Below, piece after piece: positions 58,578-64,000 of a stretch of 64,000 nucleotides of DNA (the stretch's first letter is position 1; each line of letters starts with the position of its first letter). The stretch spans positions 1 to 64,000 of the forward strand of contig JBKPAK010000015.1 in the NCBI GenBank assembly GCA_046726415.1, in the 5' to 3' direction. Under the pieces are notes generated by a model that was given only the letters and a program-made list of their open reading frames with translations, searched no databases and was not told where the DNA came from. Origin of the DNA: Candidatus Methylomirabilota bacterium (lineage in GTDB: Bacteria; Methylomirabilota; Methylomirabilia; Rokubacteriales; CSP1-6). Both the position numbers and the translations under genes were made by a program.

Positions 58578-60115
58578 CGCCCGCACCTCTCGCCCTCCGT
58601 CGCTACCCCGACGCGCTCCAGCAGTTCCGCTGGAGCGCGTTGTGGGAGCTGTTCGACGGCGACCGCCACCGTCTCAACATCGCCCACGAGTGCGTCGACC
58701 GCCATCCGGCCGAGACCACCGCGCTGCGCATCGCCGGCGCCGACGGCCGGCATCATGAAGTCAACTTCGCCGCGCTCCGCGCCTGGTCCTCGCGCTTCGC
58801 CAATTTTCTCGGCGCCGAGGGGATCGCCCCCGGCGATCGCGTGGGCATCATGCTCGAGCCCTCGCTGGCCTTCTACGGCGGGCTCTTCGGGACACTCAAG
58901 CGCGGGGCCATCGCGGTTCCCCTCTTCACCCTCTTCGGTCCCGAGGGGCTGGCTCTGCGCATTGACGACTGCCGTCCGCGCATGCTCCTGGTGGATGATC
59001 CCGATCGCTGGCGCTCGCGATTTCCCGAGGTACGCATGCTGGCCGTCGATGAGACCTTCGACGAGCGGCTGGCCCGCGAGCGCGACGACTATGTTCCGGA
59101 GACGGCTGCTGACGACCTCGCGGTTTTCCAGTACACGTCGGGGACGACACGGGCGCTGCCCGAAGCCGTGCGCCACACCCATCGATCGGTCGTGACCTTG
59201 ATGGTGGCTGCGCTCTACGGCGTGGGGCTCGAGCCGGGCGACCGCTACTTCTGCCCGTCGTCGCCCGCCTGGGGTCACGGCTTCTGGCACGGAACGATCG
59301 CCCCGCTGGCGCTCGGCATCGCGGCCGGGGCCTCCGCGGGCCGATTCGAGGCCGAGCGGTTGCTCGCCGCGCTGGAGGCCTTCGAGATCACCAACCTCGC
59401 CGCGGCGCCCACCGTCTTTCGCCTGCTCGCGCGCGCGAAAGGCCTGGCGCGCTACCGCCTGGCCCTGCAGAAAATCTCGTTCACCGGGGAGCCCATGGAC
59501 GGGCAGACCTGGGACTTCATCGAGCGCGCGTTTGGCGTCACCCCGTGCAGCATGTACGGGAGCACCGAGGTCGGCGTCGTCATCGCCAACTACCCCGGAT
59601 TTCCAGGCTATGAGGTCCGGCGGGGCGCTCTCGGTCGGGCGGCGCCCGGATGGGAGGTGGCTATCGTGAATGAGGCGCGCCAGCCGCTGCCGGCCGGGTG
59701 CACCGGCGAGATCGCCGTGCGGCGCAAGGACGGCTGGTTCCTCGTGAAGGACCGCGGCCGCATGGACGCCGATGGATACTTCTTCCTCGAGGGCCGGTCC
59801 GACGACGTCATCATCTCGGCGGGGTGGACCATGAGCGCGGTGGAGATGGAGAATGTGCTCCTGAGCCATCCCGACGTGCGAGAGGCGGCGGTGGTCGGTG
59901 TCGCCGATCCGCTGCGGGGCCAGGTTCCCAAAGCCTTCGTGGTGGCCGTCCGCCAAGGCATCGACGTCGAGCGCGAGCTTCAAAGCTACATCCGCGGGCG
60001 CCTCAGCCAGCACGAGTACCCGCGGAGCATCGAGTTCGTCGACGAGCTGCCGAAGACCCCCGCGGGCAAGGTCAATCGCAAAGCACTGCGTGACCACGCG
60101 GCGGGCGCGTCCTAG
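58574..60115 (+). CDS. AMP-forming acyl-CoA synthetase (start codon unresolved)
   Basis: [39 protein letters not shown]; no ATG/GTG at the expected start. Confidence 0.85.
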   Translation, partial: VTPAPLALRRYPDALQQFRWSALWELFDGDRHRLNIAHECVDRHPAETTALRIAGADGRHHEVNFAALRAWSSRFANFLGAEGIAPGDRVGIMLEPSLAFYGGLFGTLKRGAIAVPLFTLFGPEGLALRIDDCRPRMLLVDDPDRWRSRFPEVRMLAVDETFDERLARERDDYVPETAADDLAVFQYTSGTTRALPEAVRHTHRSVVTLMVAALYGVGLEPGDRYFCPSSPAWGHGFWHGTIAPLALGIAAGASAGRFEAERLLAALEAFEITNLAAAPTVFRLLARAKGLARYRLALQKISFTGEPMDGQTWDFIERAFGVTPCSMYGSTEVGVVIANYPGFPGYEVRRGALGRAAPGWEVAIVNEARQPLPAGCTGEIAVRRKDGWFLVKDRGRMDADGYFFLEGRSDDVIISAGWTMSAVEMENVLLSHPDVREAAVVGVADPLRGQVPKAFVVAVRQGIDVERELQSYIRGRLSQHEYPRSIEFVDELPKTPAGKVNRKALRDHAAGAS

Positions 60116-60121
60116 CGGGGT

Positions 60122-61198
60122 GTGGCGGTGAGCTTCCCGATCATCACGGGCGAAGCGGTGGCTGCCCTGCGCACCCTGGTCGGCCAGGAGATCCGCCGAC
60201 CCGAACCGCATATCGAGGTGGCCACGCGCGACGCCATCCGCCACTGGGCGCACGGTATTGGGGATCGCAACCGCTATTGGTTGGAGTACGGGGTGGCCCC
60301 GCCGACCATCTTCTTTGCCCTGGATCGCATCGTGTCGGGCTACGTGGGTGGCCTGCCCGGCATCCACGCGATGTACGCCGGCACCGACTTCCGCTGGCGG
60401 CGACTGATCCGCGAAGGCGAACGCGTGGTCGGCCGCAGCATTCTCCTCGATCTCGAGGAGAAGCCCTCGACCTTCGCGAAGCGCGCTATCAAGCAGACGT
60501 ACCGCACGACCTTCGTGGCCAATGATGGCGGGGTGATCGGCGAGGCAGACTCGTGGTGCTTCCGAACGGAGCGCGACGCCGCGCGAGAGCGGAAGAAGTA
60601 TGCGCCGCGCGAGCCGTACCGCTACTCCCCTGCAGAGATGGCCCGGATCCGGGGCGCCTACGCGGAGGAGAAGATCCGCGGAGCCACCGATCGATCCTGG
60701 GAGGAGGTCGCCGTCGGCGAAACGCTGCCCGAGGTGGTCAAGGGACCGCTCACGGTGACGTCGATCATCGCCTTCGTCCAGGGCTGGGGCGGCCTGTACG
60801 TTCGCGCTCACGGCTTGGCCTTCGATCTCTTCGCGCGTCACCCGGCCCTGGGCATCCCCAACGAGTTCGGCGTGCCCGAACCGCCGGAGCGCGTGCACTG
60901 GGATCCCGCCCTCGCGCAGGCCGTGGGAGTGCCGGCACCGTACGACTACGGCCCCGAGCGGGTGGCCTGGCTGGGACATCTGGTCACCAACTGGATGGGG
61001 GACGCCGGCTTCCTCGCTCGCCTCAATGTCCAGGTGCGGCGCCACAATCTCATTGGCGATACCACCTGGTGCCGCGGACGAGTGGCGGCCAAGGCGATCG
61101 TCGACGGACGCAGCGAGGTGACGCTCGATCTCCAAGCCGTCAACCAGCGCGGCGAGACAATCGCCATCGGCCAGGCGGTGGTGGTCCTTCCCCGTTGA
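60122..61198 (+). CDS. Tandem hot-dog (MaoC/FAS1-like) dehydratase/hydratase
   Basis: DAIRHWAHGIGDRN, APPTI, WEEVAVGETLP, VHWD, DYGPER. Confidence 0.8.
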   Translation: MAVSFPIITGEAVAALRTLVGQEIRRPEPHIEVATRDAIRHWAHGIGDRNRYWLEYGVAPPTIFFALDRIVSGYVGGLPGIHAMYAGTDFRWRRLIREGERVVGRSILLDLEEKPSTFAKRAIKQTYRTTFVANDGGVIGEADSWCFRTERDAARERKKYAPREPYRYSPAEMARIRGAYAEEKIRGATDRSWEEVAVGETLPEVVKGPLTVTSIIAFVQGWGGLYVRAHGLAFDLFARHPALGIPNEFGVPEPPERVHWDPALAQAVGVPAPYDYGPERVAWLGHLVTNWMGDAGFLARLNVQVRRHNLIGDTTWCRGRVAAKAIVDGRSEVTLDLQAVNQRGETIAIGQAVVVLPR

Positions 61199-61220
61199 CG
61201 TCGTCGGCGGAGCCGTCCGG

Positions 61221-61745
61221 CTAGCGCTCCAGTTCCACCCCAAGCGCCTCGTTGAAGCGGTTCGTGAAGTTGGCGGCCGCGATGGAGAGCGTGAGCTGCA
61301 CGAGCCCTTCGGGCGCGAGACGCGCGCGGAGCGCCTCCACCAGAGCGGGATCGACCTGCACCGTGTCCGTCATCTCCTCGGCGTAGCGAATCACCAGCCG
61401 CTCCAGCTCCGAGAACAGCGGACTGGTCGCGGCGGCCGGCAGGTTCTCGAATTTCTCGCGTGACACGCCGGCCCTCTGACCGAGGGCCGAGTTGTGGGTG
61501 ACTCAGTACGTGCAGCCGTTGAGCTGCGAGACCCGTACGTAGGCGAGCTGGCGAAGGCCGAGATCGAGGGGGCCCTCGCGCAAGGTGGGGTACCACTGGA
61601 GAAAGCGCGGCAGCGAGCGCGCGTGATACGCCATGAGCTTGAAGATGTTGAGGACACGCCCGGATGCCTTCGCGAGGCCGTCGTAGATCGTCTGGACCTC
61701 GGCGGGCACCTCATCGCGTTCGAGATAGGGAAGTCTTGCGCTCAT
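61221..61745 (-). CDS. AhpD/carboxymuconolactone decarboxylase-family selenoprotein (CxxU), UGA at 61503-61505
   Basis: ORFs 61503-61745 and 61221-61466 share a frame; read-through gives SQLNGCTY-U-VTH in a 174-aa CMD fold; GGAGG RBS; SECIS-like hairpin downstream. Confidence 0.85.
61469..61489 (-). promoter_or_regulatory. Bacterial SECIS-like element
   Basis: mRNA CGGCCCUC-GGUCA-GAGGGCCG, 8-bp perfect stem starting 13 nt after the UGA. Confidence 0.75.
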
Positions 61746-61873
61746 TCCGCCACCTCCTCCGTGCCGGATCCTAGCAGACGCTCTGCCTCGCCGCCGCTTG
61801 CACGCCCCGCGGGCGTCTATGTACATTCCTGGTGCTCATGGAGGAGTCGATTTCCCTGGTACCCCTTCGTTGA

Positions 61874-62713
61874 ATGCCCGAGTTACCTGAGGTAGAGGTG
61901 GGGCGGCTCATCGCGCGTCGGGTGGCGGCCGGGCGCGTGATCATCCGGGTCCGCTGTGCGGACGATCCCATCGTCTTCGACGGCGTGACACCGGCCCGCT
62001 TCCGGCGCGCCTTGCTGGGACGGCGCGTGCAGACCGTGCGGCGGCACGGCAAGCACTTGTGGTTCGAATTGGACCGGCGGCCGTGGCCCATCCTTCATTT
62101 CGGCATGACGGGCGGCTTCCACACGCCGGGCGCCCGCGGCGTCAAGCTCGTCTCCAGCGGCGACCGCGATCCCGACGGCAGGTGGCCGCCGCGCTTCACC
62201 AGGCTCCACCTCGTCTTCGACGACGGCGGCGAGCTGGTGTTCGCCGATGCCCGGCGGCTTGGCCGGGTGCGCCTGCGCCATGATCCGCGCCGGGAGCCGC
62301 CCATCAGCCTCCTCGGCTTCGACGCCTTGCACGAGATTCCCTCGCTGGCGCAGTTCCACGGGCTGGTGAGTGCGCGCGCGACTCCGCTCAAGGCCCTCTT
62401 GCTCGACCAGTCGTTCGCCGCCGGGGTGGGCAACTGGATCGCCGATGAGGTGCTGTATCAGGCCGGGCTCGATCCGCGCCGGCCCGCACGCTCGCTCAGT
62501 CGCGAGGAAGTGGCCCGGCTCCGCGCGCGGTTACGGGCGGTAGTGGCGCGGTCCGCCCAGGTGCGCTCAGACAGCGATCGCTATCCGCGTTCGTGGCTCT
62601 TCCACTACCGCTGGGGCAAGCGGGTCGGCGCGGTGACCGGACGCGGCGAGTCGATTCGGTACATCGTGGTGGCCGGACGCACGACAGCGTGGGTGCCGTC
62701 GGTCCAGCGATGA
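61874..62713 (+). CDS. mutM: Fpg/Nei-family DNA glycosylase, zincless-finger type
   Basis: MPELPEVE, RHGK, HFGMTG, LLDQS..GVGNWIADE; C-terminus GRTTAWVPSVQ without Cys4. Confidence 0.88.
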   Translation: MPELPEVEVGRLIARRVAAGRVIIRVRCADDPIVFDGVTPARFRRALLGRRVQTVRRHGKHLWFELDRRPWPILHFGMTGGFHTPGARGVKLVSSGDRDPDGRWPPRFTRLHLVFDDGGELVFADARRLGRVRLRHDPRREPPISLLGFDALHEIPSLAQFHGLVSARATPLKALLLDQSFAAGVGNWIADEVLYQAGLDPRRPARSLSREEVARLRARLRAVVARSAQVRSDSDRYPRSWLFHYRWGKRVGAVTGRGESIRYIVVAGRTTAWVPSVQR

Positions 62714-62769
62714 GCACAGTGAGCTGGAACACCGCGGGTCCGGTGCGGTGCCCGAGAGGAGAACCTGCG

Positions 62770-63067
62770 ATGTCACTGGCCTTGCGCAAGCTGCATCCGA
62801 CCTTCGGCGTCGAGATCCTCGGGGTTGATGTCAGAGGCGTGGACGACGCCGTCTTCAAGGAGATCGTCGACGCCTTCAACGATCACTCCGTGTTGCTCTT
62901 CCGCGGCCAGACGTTGACCGACGAGGAACAGATCTCCAACGGGCGGGTGACCTCGTCATGTGGGACAACCGCTGCATGCTGCACCGCGGCCGCCCGTGGA
63001 ACGAGTCGAAGTATCGGCGAGTCATGCACCGGACGACTGTGGCCGGCGACGGGCCCACCGCCCCTGA
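62770..63067 (+). pseudogene. TauD/TfdA dioxygenase remnant with internal deletion
   Basis: LHPTFGVEILGVD..LLFRGQTLTDEEQ joined out of frame near 62937 to GDLVMWDNRCMLHRG..RVMHRTT. Confidence 0.8.
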
Positions 63068-63305
63068 AGATAGTCCTGGTCGTGAGGTCTCGCCCGCGCG
63101 CGACGATCTAGAAAAAGAGCCACCTCAGTCGCTGTTCGCGAGCGGCGTCGCTATCCGGGTCGGCGCCGCGGCCGGTCGACGTACCGCGTGGGCCGCTCGA
63201 ACGGCCAGGCATCGCGAGCAGGAGTCCACCCGGTTCGCCCGGCGCACGCGGGGCGAGCCGTCGATCGCCCGCGCCCAACGTCAGGAACCTTCGACACCAG
63301 GATGC

Positions 63306-63851
63306 TCAGTCCTGGCGCACCGCCGCGATGACGAGGGAGATGTGGACGCGATCGCCCAGGTACATCCCGCCGCCCTCGATCGCCGCGTTGAAGGTCACCC
63401 CGAAGTCGCGGCGATCGATTGTGGTCTCCGCCTGGAAGGCCGCCAGCGTCTTTCCCGAGACGGGGTGCGTGCCTTGCCCCTTGAAGTGGGCGTCCAGGAC
63501 GGCCGCGCGGGTGACGCCATGGATGGTCAGATCCCCCGAGATCTTCCAGTGCCTCGCGTCGACCGGCTCGACCCGGGTGCTCTGGAATGTGATGGTGGGG
63601 TGATCCTTCCCGCCGAGGAGATCTGCATCCATCAGCCGGCCCATGAGCCGCTCGTTAGTGACGTCGACGCTCGCCACCGGTATCGAAGCGCTCACGGCCG
63701 CGTCCGCCGGTCGGGTCGGATCGTAGCGCAAGGTGCCCTCGAGCGTACGGAAGCCGGTCCGGTAGACGGACATGCCCATGTACTCGAGCGAGAACTCCAC
63801 GCTCGAGTGCACCGGATCGATGGTCCAGGTCGGAAGCGTCTCTGTCGTCAT
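63306..63851 (-). CDS. YceI-family protein
   Basis: WTIDPVHSSVEF, HPTITFQST, GDLTIHGVT, IDRRDFG. Confidence 0.92.
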   Translation of the reverse strand: MTTETLPTWTIDPVHSSVEFSLEYMGMSVYRTGFRTLEGTLRYDPTRPADAAVSASIPVASVDVTNERLMGRLMDADLLGGKDHPTITFQSTRVEPVDARHWKISGDLTIHGVTRAAVLDAHFKGQGTHPVSGKTLAAFQAETTIDRRDFGVTFNAAIEGGGMYLGDRVHISLVIAAVRQD

Positions 63852-63861
63852 GGCCGAGTCG

Positions 63862-64000
63862 CTAGTTGAAGACCACCACGCCGCGGGCGACCTGCCCGCT
63901 CGTCAGGAGCCTGAAGCCCTCGTTGATGTCGGCCAGGGCGTAGGTCCGACTGACGAGCTCGTCGATCTTCAGCCGGCCGTCCATGTACAGATTCACCAGG
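63862..64000 (-). CDS. Zn-dependent alcohol dehydrogenase (class III-like), C-terminal part only
   Basis: LYMDGRLKIDELVSRTYALADINEGF..GQVARGVVVFN*. Confidence 0.8.
   Translation of the reverse strand, partial: LVNLYMDGRLKIDELVSRTYALADINEGFRLLTSGQVARGVVVFN

Noticed and set aside
58493-61243. Long antisense or alternate-frame ORFs (916 aa here; also 9952-11322, 47654-49468, 39704-41251 and others)
   Set aside because: Shadows of well-supported genes on the opposite strand, expected in high-GC DNA; no recognisable motifs.

Overview
High-GC bacterial chromosomal window with about 60 tightly packed, mostly catabolic or redox genes: four acyl-CoA dehydrogenase-family genes, CoA ligases, SDRs, LLM monooxygenases, enolase-superfamily enzymes, two molybdoenzymes, a P450, an amidase and a thiolase/DUF35 pair. 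Housekeeping genes include nudC (partial), pepP, aroC, an FKBP and an Fpg/Nei glycosylase; there is also an ECF sigma/anti-sigma pair and an SNF2-SWIM pair. The gene content resembles Candidatus Rokubacteria (inference only). I found no rRNA, tRNA, transposase or CRISPR array. Best-supported hidden feature: an AhpD/CMD-family gene (61221-61745, minus) split by an in-frame UGA at the second Cys position of its CxxC motif and followed by a bacterial SECIS-like hairpin, i.e. a probable selenoprotein. Other items of note: a C-terminally extended PIMT-like methyltransferase followed by a small ORF with a duplicated C-x-W-D-G-R-C core (candidate imiditide/pamtide-type RiPP); a desulfinase-like ACAD among several organosulfur genes; a ~60-bp intergenic repeat family; and several genes that keep both termini but have lost their middles. 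All calls come from motif recognition by eye; no searches were run.
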